DNA of 63,801 nt, the filler included, from Bigelowiella natans CCMP2755 (lineage: Eukaryota > Protista > Cercozoa), in NCBI GenBank assembly GCA_000320545.1. It is 4 parts of 4 records of this genome, joined end to end, with 100 filler letters (N's around TTAATTAATTAA, not from the genome) between each part and the next. Parts side by side here need not be neighbours in the genome. Positions count along the whole stretch, not along the records: positions 1 to 13,989 come from ADNK01002447.1; 3 more parts are not named here. One strand, 5' to 3'. Shown here piece by piece: positions 1 to 13,026 of the stretch. The notes below the pieces were generated by a model. The model made no database searches. It worked only from the letters and a program-made list of their open reading frames with translations, and was not told the origin of the DNA. The translations under genes were made by a program, and so were the position numbers. How positions within the stretch are numbered: the first letter of the stretch is position 1; each line of letters begins with the position of its first letter.

Positions 1-182
1 TAAACCCGCTCACATCCCAGTACCTTCAACAACACAAATTGAAGTTGATAATCTCCCCTTGTTCAGAGGCTTCGCGCATGGGGAAAGCAGTGTAAGGGGA
101 GGGGGGGGGGGGACATAGTTGTTTTGCGGCTCAATGGCCTTTACCGCAACACGCCGCTTTCTGTGTCGCTGGCTAATCGCGC

Positions 183-237
<55 letters not shown>

Positions 238-1473
238 GAAAGCCGACCCTGGAACGTTGGGTGGTAGCACATTTCCGTGCATTAAATCCCTTTTCTCCAG
301 CCTCCATTCCAGGAGAAGGGGTCCGACAAATTCGTCTAAGCGTGGCACGCACATGGTGAGCAGATAAATGGGTTCATAGCACGGATCCCTATGTCGAGAC
401 TCATTCGCTATATGAACTCTCTGCTCTCGTTTCCAACCAATAAAGCGTGAGACGAAGGAGCGTAGAGGCAGCAGTATCGCTCAAGTCAAAACGAGAGGAG
501 GGCTATGCATGGGATGGGGTGCTCTCGTGCTACGCAGCTTCTTGTAAGTCGGGGACGGCCCCCACCGATTTATTCTTTCAAGAGTATCATGGAAAAGGTT
601 GTTACCGGTACTGCAGTGCGAACTTCCTGGCCAAAGGAGAGAATGAGGGTGGGGACCTGAGAAAGCTCAAATCAGCCAATAGATTATGATGTGCATTCAA
701 ACATTTAATTCCAAAATTCTAATGTCTAATCACGTTCAGCATTAGGTTCATCATTTCTCTTGTTATATATCAGACCCCGTCGTCGTCCATGACTGCCCCC
801 CCCGACGTGGTATTGACTCCGATGTATCCTCGTCGGGTCCAATGCACCAAATCAAGAGATGTCTGGAAATAATGAAAGGGGGGGGGAGTTGGGGGAAGGG
901 GAAGAGAGTATTATGTTTTATATTGGTTACTCAATCTCGTATGAGCATGTTAATAGACTCAAATGGCCAAAAACATGGGTAATTAAACTGTAAAGCGTCT
1001 ACTTCAAGTTCACTTCAGAAAAAACCTAACACAAATCAAAGGACGCACCTGATGAAACCAATCGATTGGTATAGAAGGAGGGTCATGCCATTGGTGAAAT
1101 ATGTGGTACACCCCTGGAAAATGTGTTACATTCTCAAAGACTGGCCATTTTTAACCCCGTCGTTTCGGAAGCCATTCAATTGACATCAAGTGACACAAAT
1201 TCGCTTCCAAATCAGCATCAATTAGCATTGCTAATGAGCGAGCATTAATTTAACCAGTATTGTCTCTTCCAATGTTTAGTTTCGAAAGAGTTTTTCAATT
1301 TAAGAGGTTTATCTCCCGCGAGAAAATTGACTTGCTGCTAACAAACCTTTGAAGTAAAACAAGCCGTTCGGATCGTTCAATCCTCCATAGTCGGGAGACA
1401 AGTGGTAGTACGGTTTCACACGAGGTGTGGAGGCACCAGCAACGACGCCCACAAGAAACAGGGGGGAAATCAT
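1..1473 (-). CDS. Glycoside hydrolase family 32 (beta-fructofuranosidase/invertase-like), secreted; 3' part outside window; apparent 1-nt frameshift
   Basis: Spliced exons give MISPLFLVGVVAGA (signal-like)-STPRVKPYYHLSPDYGGLNDPNGLFYFK|GVYHIFHQWHDPPSIPIDWFHQ|TSLDLVHWTRRGYIGVNTTSGGAVMDDDG|VPTLILSFGQEVRTAVP|TNLSDP/LLLEWRLEK. NDPNG, YHxFxQ, DLVHW and NLSDPLLxEW are GH32 hallmarks. GT-AG introns. Confidence 0.85.
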
Positions 1474-1934
1474 CTTGTGCACAACGGCAGGAAGACGAGG
1501 GAGGGGGTGGGGCGAGAGAAAGGAGCACGGTGGACTGAAACCGCCTGCGAGTGGAACTGAAAGGAATGACGCAAGCGAAGAAACGCCTCCAATTTAGATA
1601 TAATTATTCATGAAAAGGAAATGGGATGGAATTTAACCATGCGACATGGACTTTATCATGTTTAATATATGAAAAAAAATGCATTCACGAAGAGGTGCTC
1701 TAAAGAAATTTCCGGGTGGGGAGGGGAGGGGACACTGGAAGGGGAGGGTCATCGGCTCGATTTTTAAAACAAAATTGTTCTGATTTTTGGTATTGAGTGG
1801 GGCTGCTGATTGAGTTTTGGGTGATTTGCTATGGCTAGCTTCTCTTCATTCGAACGGAGGAGAGCTGCCTCTGGATGAAGCACCACCACCTGCTCAGGAC
1901 TGACATCTCGCCGCCATCTCACCTGACCTCATGG

Positions 1935-3416
1935 ATGATTCTAAGTCCCGAGCAGATGATGACTTTCACGCTCTCCTTCGCATTGGCGTCGTTTTTGCTC
2001 CTTCGGTCCTGGTCTTATATTTACGCTGCTGGACGGAAGAGAAGGCAATTAACGATGCCAGAATAAATGGGCCTCATCAATAGCTTTACGATGATTTCAT
2101 CTTGAAACCGTATCCTAATACCACATCATTTTTCTTTAGACGCTGTGCTCCGCGCACCCAGGGAAAGGGGAAAATCCCACATATCGTTCTGCTTGGCGAC
2201 TCGACGCTGTAAGTCTCTGTTTGTACGTCTCTGTTTTCAGGATTTCCGATGAAGAAAAGGAATCAACAACGCTTAGACATCACCAAAATGATTCTTTTCT
2301 TTTCAAACCTCGATGTTTGCTTTTAGTCCTCTCTGACTGCGCCCACACCACCACCGTCACCATGATCATGATCATCATCGTCGTCTTCGTTTCTCAGTAC
2401 CGATACGGATTTGCATCTGTTGTTTATGTTTTTGGCTTGGACTATTGTCTACAGGGATAACAAGAACTGGGTAGGCGAGCTTCCGAGTGTGACAGAGCAC
2501 CTTCGTTTGAAAATTAAAAATCGGCCACAGCACTGTCGTGGCTGGCGAGTGACAAACCACAGCATTGACGGGTATTGATATTTTATGATGTGTATGCTTG
2601 TAGAATCTTTTAACGCTGCGTCATCATTGCTACCATCATAACCATATCTCTATGTTGATGAGTACATGCACAGTGCGAGTAACGATCGAAGAATTTGTGA
2701 TTGGCGTCATCATCACTGTGTAATCATCAGCACCATCATAATCATCGTCGCCGTCGCCATAGCCATCATTCTTCTTGCCCTCGTCAATGCGAAATAATTA
2801 CTGACAGATATATGATCAACGGCGTCATTCGCACACAACTGCCCAGAGTAACGAAGGAGATGACGCATCTTGTTATCTCCGTGGGAGGAAACAACGTACT
2901 GCCTATTTCTGAATTCGTTCCATTATCGAAGAGGAAAGCTGATTTCTTGCATGAATTTGGAGGATTAGATAAGTGCGGTCGCACCATCTATCTACGTGCC
3001 ACTCTGCAGACAATAGGAAAAACAATTCTGCGGGGCTTTTGAGAAGAATGCCTCGATTTCTTTGCAGGCACTAGGTTATCTTGGGGAATTCATAACTGCC
3101 GGTTTCTGGAACCCATGGGGCGTCTTGTCCACATTTCGGAAAGTTCTTTCCGCGTTTGAGCGCGACTATGCTCGAATGGTGGATGCGGTGCTTGAAAGAA
3201 TTGGCGATGGCGATGAGAAGGAGGTGGGTGCGATGTGCGGTAAGAGCAGCCAGCAACTGTTTCCGTCTTGCGGCAGCGTAGGAAATATTTCCTGGTTGTG
3301 TGTGTGTGTGTGCGTGTGTGTGTGTGCGTGTGTGTGTGTGCGTGTGTTGTTTCTTTGTATGTCAAGGATTGAGGGATTCAATTTCATTATGGCTGTCTTT
3401 TTCGTCGATGTCCCCA

Positions 3417-3457
<41 letters not shown>

Positions 3458-3542
3458 ACACACACACACACATACACACACAGGCTGTCTTCTGCACACT
3501 GTATAGCCCCTGTTTCGATCACGATTTACCTTGGGTTCAACG

Positions 3543-3595
<53 letters not shown>

Positions 3596-3882
3596 ATGTA
3601 TATTTAAAATAGCATAATATAGAAAGAAGACGGGGTGGGGAGGGAGAATAGCTATATGAAGGCACACGGCACATAGATAACACAAAAACGCATTAGGGTT
3701 GGTTCTCATCGATTCTAAGGGATTCATAGCAGCACTGGTAAATCGATGCGCAACAGCTTTCAACACAATGCTTATGCGGCTGATAGTCGGTAAGTGCTAA
3801 CCACCTTTTCACTGATAACTACTTGTGCTATTACCTACTGCTGCTAGTACTACTATTACTACTACTACTTATCACCACGCCC

Positions 3883-3918
<36 letters not shown>

Positions 3919-4592
3919 TATATATTATATTTTATATATACTCGCAGCAATCGGTGTCAGAATGCTAAACCGCACGATTATGCGTATCTTGAGGGAGAGG
4001 GATGCTGGCCTACCAGTTCTCAATCTCCATGCTATATTTGACAACAAAGCAGACTACGAGAATCCGATCGAGCCTTCCGCGAGGGGGGGGGATAAGATCT
4101 CGGTTGTGTGATGAGCACCGCTAGCACAAATCGTATGCTTTTTCCAAGAGGAGGCGACTATGATACAGCAAGAGAGGAAGAGAGCGTGTGTCTTTGTAGT
4201 ATGCACGGTCAGGGGAAAAGGAAGAGTCTAATAGCGGCTAACATGCTAAAAAATAGGCAACGTCTATGTGTATGATTGGTCTTATTCCAAGAGAGATTTG
4301 ACACTACTGAAGAGAAATTGTTGTATGCAATGACTCTTATTCGAATTTACCTTGCCAGTGTTATCGTTCCGTCGTCACCTACGTATAATATATAAAATGC
4401 ATATATTAATCCAAATTGCGATTTTTGTCGGTTTTCCTGGCGGTGTTGTTTCTAATCATGAAGGAGAACATCCTTCATATCATCAGCTCCCACGATTTCA
4501 GGAATAACGCTAATTCGAATCATCTCTCTGTCTACGCGCTCAAGCACGTCTCCGAGACACCGTACGACACTGCTGTTTGCGAGTTGAAATGA
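1935..4592 (+). CDS. SGNH/GDSL hydrolase-family protein with N-terminal hydrophobic anchor
   Basis: Exons: ...FTLSFALASFLLLR|RCAPRTQGKGKIPHIVLLGDSTL|DNKNWVGELPSVTEHLR...NHSIDG|...THLVISVGGNN|ALGYLG...|VVFCTLYSPCF|...ADYENPIEPSARGGDKIS|ENILHII...CELK*. GDS block I and GGNN block III present; GT-AG phases consistent where checked. Confidence 0.85.
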
Positions 4593-5359
4593 GCAGTGGC
4601 GGTGTTGCCCACTCGATTCTTATTGATGATGCGGCAATGTCGAGAATGCTATCTTTCTGCGCTGCGCTCAGTCTCGAAGCGATGCGTTTTCCCTGCGGAG
4701 GAAATCCTCTCATTCGGGTGTTTCATTTGCACTGCAATGGGGGAATCAAAGCAGGGCTTTATCACATTTTTTATGAGGAAACCTGTGTTTTCTCCCCCCT
4801 CGAGAGTCATTGGTAAGGGGGACACACCCCCATCGATACAAAGATCCAACGTTTATATCCCCCTTCGATTTCCTGAGCGAGAGAAGAAGACCTGCTGCGA
4901 CCTTAGGCGTTGCTGTGGTGGTGTGCTTGTGCATCTTTTCACTCGTAGCTATAAGCGGATACCGTCGAGCCGGACTCAGAGGAGAGGAAGCAAAAAAGAG
5001 AAGAAAGGGAGGGAGAATAAGAAGAAGACCCATGCTGCTGCTGGTGAGGATAATGAAATGAAGGACGAGAGAAAATGCGAGTCGAGAAAGCACGCCAGCA
5101 GAAACGACGGTATCTGCTTTGTTCTCTGATGATCGTGCACCACAAACACACACATACACAACGCACAGACGCGCACGCGCACACACACTTTAGCGAAAGA
5201 GAGAGGGGGGGGCTGGGGAGTTCAAATATCCGTTGATCTAAGATTAGATTATAATTGTGAGGTGACCTTCAATACATAACATATTATATATATATATATA
5301 TATATATATAATTATATATGAGACGGATGTAATGAAATGTTTAAATTTTTTCAATGGTC

Positions 5360-5412
<53 letters not shown>

Positions 5413-5649
5413 TTGTGTGCGTTAATGCATGTGTCGTTGTCAAATTCTTACATCAGAGGCGAGGAGTAAAGAGGAGAATAATCAATTTCGTACAGGCAGA
5501 CTTAACAGATGATATTCCTTCCAAAAGCAAGCAATGGCAGAGTTTAGATGAGAAGGAACACTGATGTAGATAAATACTCTTCGATCTGGTGTGAGAACCT
5601 GCCGTCAGGTGCATCTCGCTCATGCGAAATATTGAGCTGAGTCAATGTG

Positions 5650-6300
5650 CGATGGCGCTTGAGATGTGTTTAAATAAATGACGGTTTCGTACATGGCCGA
5701 TGCACGGTTCATTTTCAATGCAAAGCTCATGTGTTCATGCTGCGCGACACTGCATGCTTCCTAGCCGTTGGCTGAGAAGCTTCAGCCAACTGAATTCCCC
5801 TGCATTCAGTCACTACGACACTGTGGTAACACCGTTGTCGTTTGAGCATGCGCGCGACTCAAACACTTGCTGCCACACGACGCATGTCAATGTGACATGA
5901 CAACGTGAGCATGTATGATGTGCACATTTGTTCATGCCAGCATGTCTCACGCGCATTCATGCAACAGGTGCAATCTGATGTGAAGTTCGCCGCCTCCACG
6001 TGCGAGCAATTCCATGTCACAACAGCAAACTGACAATCTCACGCATGCTGCATGATGATGCCGAATCGAATGATGGGCAAGGTGTGTTGCATGTTTGCGC
6101 CGCAATGCAACCAAAAAACACAATTGAGATCATTAGTAGTGCTGTGATGTTCGCAATTAACTATCCAGGTTCTTTGAACCACTTCTAAATCACATTTCTG
6201 GCAAAGCAGCAACTCTCGAATGCTGCTGTCCATGCAAGCATGGCAAATGCAAAGAGCTAATTAAACTAAATTATCTGAGAACTCCAGCTAGTGCTAGAAG
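5650..6300. other. CATG/TGCA-rich tail-to-tail spacer tract
   Basis: Dense gcatg/tgca/catgc words, few homopolymers or microsatellites; downstream of the SGNH stop. Confidence 0.55.
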
Positions 6301-7640
6301 ATCAAACTTGCGAGTGTATTTCAGTAATACAACCCTCCTAGGCCGCACTATTCTGAGCGGGTGATACACCATCACCATTTTCAATTCGTAAGTCGTCGTC
6401 AACAGCAACGTTGGCTAAACATTCATACCTGATAGCATGGTGCAAGGGTGAGTAGAAGAACAACGAGGAACGCTTCAAGGCAAAACAATAGCACGGAATA
6501 TCTCACATAGAGAATGTAATTATTTCGAATGCCGAATTCTACCCAAGAGACAATGGCTAAAGATGCTTACTACGCAGTGTTCGATTAAAATCCTGCAACA
6601 ATGAATTGTGCTTATGAATAATCATATAGGTATGAAGTATACCATTGATGGATTAAATATGTCAGCCCTAAGAAGAACACGAAGATGATGACCGTAGCAT
6701 ACCTTTTGTTTGAGAGAAAACAACAAAAACAACAAAAGCGCAAGTCTTCAGTTTTTTGCCACGTTATTGCACGTTCCCAGATTTAGTTTCATGTACGGAG
6801 ATCATCGATTCATTAAGGTTCCATCACATACCATGCTCCTCGGTCCAATGCGAAGTCGTGCAACGTGAAGAATAAAAATATGAAGTTTGTCATTGTGAAA
6901 GCAATAAACCTGAATATCGAAGGACATGGCTATCAGCAATTCTACACAGTTCGCATCAGGCTGCCATCTCAGAATGTCTCTCGTTCCTCGTAAAACGACG
7001 ACTTTAACGTGCATGTTGAGTTTACCAAAATAATTTGAAGAAAATGCCACTTCGCTGGAAGTACAGCGTTTGTAAATTTCTATTGTATTTATGCCGGAAA
7101 GTCTCCGTCCTGGACATTTTTAATTCTTCCCTGCCAGGGCCATCTACACAAAGCGAAATTTTGCAGCTAGTTTACTTCTCATGGCTTTAATGGTGGTATT
7201 TAAGCAACATGTTAGCAAGCCGGTGACTGTCTCAAACATCACAACCTTCCGGAAGAAAGGGCTTCGTCTTTGCCCTCTCTGGTGCGACAGATGCTCTGTC
7301 TCTCTTCATCGTTGAGAGAGCTTCTTCCTTCTAGAACAAAAGAGAGTAAGTACAGGCGTAGAATCCACCACAAAACTCGAATTCATGGACTCAACTATCG
7401 TTTTCGTCCGTGAAAAATGAACCTGTGAACCTCTCCCCCCCCCCGCCATCAAACTTCGTACCAGTTTCAGCTGCACATGAGAAACCCTGCTCGTCTCGAT
7501 GCGTTTCTATTCCGAATCCAATGAGAAAACTGCCGGTGTTCAAGCATTATTGTGATGAACGCAGGCCAATTTACGCTAATATTTCATCGAAAGACGGACT
7601 TAGCTTATTTCCCAAAAGCATCGAACCAATGCTATGTCGC
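6300..7640 (-). CDS. Possible spliced hypothetical gene (unresolved)
   Basis: Several AG...GT-bounded open segments on the minus strand (e.g. KEEALSTMKRDRASVAPERARRSPFFRK; YSVLLFCLEAFLVVLLLTLAPCYQ). No family recognised. Confidence 0.25.
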
Positions 7641-7746
7641 CATCGCCACACCGACTGCAGTTCAATCAAATTGAAAAATATGCTCGTGCCGCAAGTAGAA
7701 AACGGCGTTTTTGGGTTGTCGCAAACCTAAAAACCAAGGCTTCACA

Positions 7747-8759
7747 ATGGCTACCGCAGGCCACGTACGCGCATGTGAATTATGCCTGCATTGTTCCTTG
7801 CCGAGTGTTCTTAGCATCATGATGTTTGAATGGGACGTTCGGCTGCTAGCGAGCAATCATGATTGTGTTGAGGAAGAGACTGAAATGTTTTTGTTTGCGA
7901 TAACAGGACGGAAAGGAGCAACCTACCAAAGATGCAGCCGCACTCAAATCTGCAGGAGGTGACCCATTTGGTGAATGCCCTGCGCGTTTCGCTGACCGCA
8001 TTGTCTGTAGGCGGAAATAAAAAGAAAAAACGAAAGCGTAAAGGCAAGTCTGATGAAGATTTGAACGAAAATGAGAGGGAAAGGAGAGAGGTTCAGGTAG
8101 AAATGAACATTCGAACCTTTTTTCAACTCTTAGTTTGTTCAAAAGAAAACCGCTCTGGCAAAGTCACTAACGTTTGATGATGTGATATTCATATAGAGAG
8201 CTGCTCAGCAGTTTGCGCTTAAGCTAGCTAAGGATAAGCCAGCCCTTGAAAAAAAGGAAAGAAGAAAGCTCACAAAAGTACAGCTTCGTGTTATTGTAGT
8301 GTTTAGTTCTTTCTCATCCAATGAATGAACCACAAAGCTTTCAGCGCGAATAATAATAACCAATTAGTGAACCTTTGGGGTCAAAATGAATTGGTAAACA
8401 TCAGAATACTTTGAGAAAACTTCCAAGGATTAAAACCATCCGAAATTCAAAACCTGTGTACTTGCGCCTTTCCCCGCACGGGGACTCTGCCAAATTCAAT
8501 TGGAAATTTCAGATTTGTGCATCTCGATAACGAATTATAGGAATTTTTGATCAAAGAAAGACGTCGGCGGAAGCTGGCAAAGTCGGCTCACAATACTGAT
8601 TTAAGTTCTAAGGCCCACGAGGTAGTTGCATGGTACCATAGCTCTAGTTTAGTGTGAGAACGAGGCAAAATGATGAAAGGGAGGGGGGCGGTGGTCGCAT
8701 TGCTTGTGTATGGATGGGTCGACTACGGAGCTTTTTAAAAAATCATGAATACGTTTGTG

Positions 8760-8802
<43 letters not shown>

Positions 8803-10114
8803 GTGTGTGTGTGTGTGCTTTACGTGCCAGTGGCGGAAGAAGACCTTCGGTGCCGCAGGAAAGGATAGGTGTGATATGATTGATTTAACCTCTCAATACT
8901 AGTCGCTCTCCATAAATCATCATGGGTTGAATGAATGATGACGAGGTCATAAGTACCTCGTCGCATGAATCATCTTCTCCAAAGTTCCTCTCACATGTTA
9001 CACACAACACAACAGCCGCTTTGTAGATGAGAGGGCGAGATCGCAGAGAAAGGAAAAGCTCGAAACAGGTGTTATTCTAAGTACAAAACAACAACATACC
9101 AGAAGAGTTTCTCCACGCAATTACGCGTCGCTGGATGATATTAAGCGGCCTTCTCACTGCCCCAACCCCCCCTCACTGCAATTTTGAAACTGTTTTTACC
9201 TCACTGCGCCACCCCTCCCTCAACCCCTTTGTAGCGGCATCGAAAGGAGCGAAACATGATCTAGTAATAATCCCTATTTTTTGGAAGCACAAGGTGAAAA
9301 AGGCCGGGTTTTTTTTTTTAGTCTTAGATGCTGTGTAGAATCCTTGACGCTGAGTTCCTTCTTCGTCGTCCCCTGCGTGTGTGCTGTGCGTATGTTCTCT
9401 CTCTCTCTCTCCGACACCTTGACAACTGCAGGAAGAGCAGAAGGATAGAACAATCGCGGCGGCGGAGAGAATCAAGAAACACGTTTCCAAGGTTAGTTGA
9501 TGGGTTTTTCGGCGTCTCTAACGCTGGATGTGCCGATGGGATTTCTCCTCATCCGGTTTATGATTGGGATCTTTATATTCAAAACGCGCTTGTTGCTTAC
9601 GAGATTGGAAAATCGAGTCAATTCACCACGAGGTCTCGCGGCGCCTCTTAAATTAAACTCTTCTGCCGTATGCTTCTTCATTTGACAGACCGGGCTAAAT
9701 GTGTGGATCGATGCGCGCCACAAATACACGTACTAGTCGATGGATGTTTGGGAGGGGGGGGGGGGGGGGTAGCCTTCTGAAACATATCACGAGTCAGATG
9801 ATCCTCTCAGCGCCGCCATTTTTTAATGCAATGCCGTCTTTCATTAGTAGATCTACTACCATTGCCACCCTCACATTTGTCAGCATAATCATCATAACCA
9901 TCCTAATCACACCGTATTCACCCATCGTCATTACTATTACTATTGTAACTGTTATTTATTATTATCATTATTATCAATCGGTCAGGCCTGGGCAGAAATT
10001 CGCTTACTGGGAACACCTCGGCGTTCTTACCAGAGTCGAGATAGGCCCTGGTGACATTGCCAATGCTACATGCTCTCTACGGTATGATTCTAACACAAAT
10101 AACGAATACGAATA

Positions 10115-10150
<36 letters not shown>

Positions 10151-10408
10151 CACGTGTACCAGACCTCCTCAATCCATCACAACTGCCTTTTTTTTCCTTG
10201 ATAGTCGATCGGTGATAACAGTGATTAGGATGATTAGGATGACTTTAACTTCAAATGTATAGGCACACATCAAAGGCGGGCATTGTGGCGAAATCGCTCG
10301 GTTCTTTCCCCTATAGTGGGAGGTCAGTGACGTCCCCTCCAAGAAACACAAAATAGTTTTGTTTCTTTTTTTAAACAAATGAATCGTCCTAATCGATGGA
10401 CGAAGATG

Positions 10409-10444
<36 letters not shown>

Positions 10445-11573
10445 CGCGGGTCTACCTCTGCTTGTATCATATATCGACGGTCTCCGAAATAGTCCTCACA
10501 CTTGTGTAAAAACACACTTGCGGGCCGTTTGTCACCTCCGACGCAAATCTCACAGAACAACCCAATAAGGCCATATATCTGAAGCTCGCGACTGTTGATA
10601 TTGAGAGATGATCCTGTTCCTTCTTTTGTGACCTTGCAGGTGTCAGGCATTAATAAAGAAGCTATCAGAGCAGCGAAAACAAGCGGTGCGTTCTTCTCTT
10701 GCAGCAGCAGCCCCTCGCATCAATCATTGACACTAATCTAGATCTATAATGTCGCTTTTCCCTTAAATATGTTCCTCGTATGATCAAAGTAAGCCTAATC
10801 CTCATTTGAGCGAAATAAATGCTGATAAATTCTGTCCTGAGAGGACGTCATTTGTTGGTACAGGGGCAAAATCAGAAGTGTTTTAATACTCCGTCACAAT
10901 TTCGATAACTTTCCCCTTAGTATCGTTAGACGTTCACCACATAGACTATCATGAGACCCTAAGGCCATGAGGTGTTAGGAGCCGAGTAGCACAGCAGAAA
11001 GAACTTCTGATATAATTCGAAATGAAAATAAATACAGGGGCTATCAAGCCTGGAGGTCCCAAGTGATGACGATGCAGGTCTAGAGCCAGGTGGTAAATCT
11101 CAAAAGAGGCTTCTAGAACGATGCAGCTTCGCGGTGTAGATTGCTCGCTAGATTTCATCGATGGTGGAGCGTACTTGTAGTTGTGGTGAAAAACAAATCG
11201 GAGAGACGGAACTTCTGCAACTTTCCGCCAATCCTGTTCGAATGGAAAATGAGCTCTTCTAAAAAGAACACAGTATGCAATGATTCTGAGAAGGACTTTT
11301 TTTTTTTTTAAATAACGGGGGACATGAACTGTTCGTTCATTCGCATACCATGATAATATGCTGATGGATGATGTTGCCGTCCAAGGTCTCGAGCCGGCGT
11401 TTGAGGCGGAGGAGGGTGAAGAGGAGGCACCTGAAAAAGCGAAGGTCAAGAAAAAGAAAATGGGCACAAAGAAAAAACGGAAGTCACACCCGGAGGACGC
11501 TCTTGGCGAGCAGGCAAATGGCGACGCAGCTGTGAAAAAGAAGAAGAAGAAGAAAAACGTTGTGAAGTTTTGA
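7747..11573 (+). CDS. Lys-rich protein with a stand-alone ProRS-type (HGTP) anticodon-binding domain
   Basis: MATAGH|DGKEQ...GNKKKKRKRK...|WRKKTFGAAGKDS|RFVDERARSQRKEKLET|EEFLHAITRRW...ASKGAKHDLVIIPIFWKHK|EEQKDRTIAAAERIKKHVSK|TGLNVWIDARHKYT|PGQKFAYWEHLGVLTRVEIGPGDIAN...; resembles ProRS PGWKFxxWELKGVPxRIEIGPRD. K-rich tail ends ...KKKKKNVVKF*. Confidence 0.75.
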
Positions 11574-11689
11574 TCCTGACGTCTTCGTTTGCTTCTTTTC
11601 GTTGGAGATTGGCATGCAACATGAATAACACCGAAAATTGTTTGTCGCACCGTGCACGGCAACCGAGGAAACGCACTGTCAATGATCTA

Positions 11690-12950
11690 GATGGTGCTTG
11701 TTAATGTCCATCACACTAGCATAGCCCATGCTCCGCCACACAGTATGACAAGCGATGACTCGCAGTACATCATTCATGCTAACTAGCTAGCCAACATGTT
11801 GCGGCTCAAAACGGCCTTGAGATTAAATAGCCTTTTCACGTTTCTAGATGTGTTCTTCCTCTCTCTTATATACTTAAACTCGCATTTGTTGGCCTCTCTA
11901 GCTAGCTAGCTCTATAGGATGTGCTGTAGCCCATTAATTAGTGCCATTTGTTTTTCAAGCACTGATCACTGACGAGCTAGTATGTATATATCAAGCTATC
12001 GCTGTGCAAAAGAATGGCCGTGTACGTGCTCGCGCAGCCAATGCTGAGTCCACTTTGCATGGGCGGCCGAATTAGTAACGTGCACTGTCCATGCTATAGC
12101 ATGGCTAGATGAGCCCAACTGTCCCTAAATCTGCCAGCTAATAGCTAGCTAGCTAGCTAGGACTAGCTAGCTAGGACTAGCTAGCTAGGCGGCATGCCAC
12201 ACATTAGACACATTCCACAAGACTAGACGTCAGCTAGCCAACAACAGGCATGCTAGCATATTAGCTAGCTAGCATGTAACGTGTGCTCACACATCACTGC
12301 TGCCATCTAGCCATCCAAGCAAGCTAGCAAGCCGCATCGCACATGGTGATCTCTAGATCTAGTACTACTAGCTAGTTAGACTAGCGAGCTAGTATGTGAT
12401 ACGCGACGACAAGACGACGAAACGAAAAGATAGATTATAACATCTGATAAGATCTAGAGATAGCTGCTAGAAGGAAACACGAACTGCTGCGCAAAATGCA
12501 CGACGTTGCATTGTAGATCGAAACAACATGCTTTTGAATGCGCGAAACATGCACGTACATCATCATGTACGTAGCTAGGTAGCGGATCGGAGACCAACAG
12601 ATTCAATATCTTGTAGCGCTGCATTTCACAGCTAGCTAGCTAGACAGAATAACAGACATTTCACACATAACGATAAGCATTGAACAAAATTATTAATTGA
12701 TTAATTACATCCGTCTTACATCTCTAGCTAGCTTGCCATCATGCGCATATCACTGCCATCTCATCTAGACTAGTAGAACATGCTGCACACATGACGTACA
12801 TGTGACACGACAACGCCGATTTGGGTTCGTTTTCAAATATGGCATTCGATGCGCAAGATGATTTTTTTACACGCTACATTCCAATTGATGAGGCAACATC
12901 AGCGGATGATGCTTTCACATCTAGACACACAGGCTGACATACATGCATAT
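11690..12950. other. CTAG/GCTAGC/CATG-rich tail-to-tail spacer tract
   Basis: e.g. 12141-12190 atagctagctagctagctaggactagctagctaggactagctagctagg; lies between the + stop at 11573 and the - stop at 13027. Confidence 0.75.
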
Positions 12951-13026
12951 TTCATCCTAATTAGACGCTTCACTCATTTAAGTGTAACAATTTTAAATGA
13001 TGAATTTTCGTACGCACAGCTCCAGC

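Noticed and set aside
3062-3766. Many ORFs with YIYI/CVCV/SLSL/poly-M/H/D runs (here and throughout)
   Set aside because: These are translations of intronic microsatellites.
4596-5190. Overlapping 146-177 aa ORFs, one with a signal-like stretch
   Set aside because: No recognisable domain or consistent splice structure; probably UTR or intergenic.
10949-11662. 237-aa minus-strand ORF (likewise 61241-61978 and 19156-19455)
   Set aside because: Antisense shadows of real plus-strand exons.
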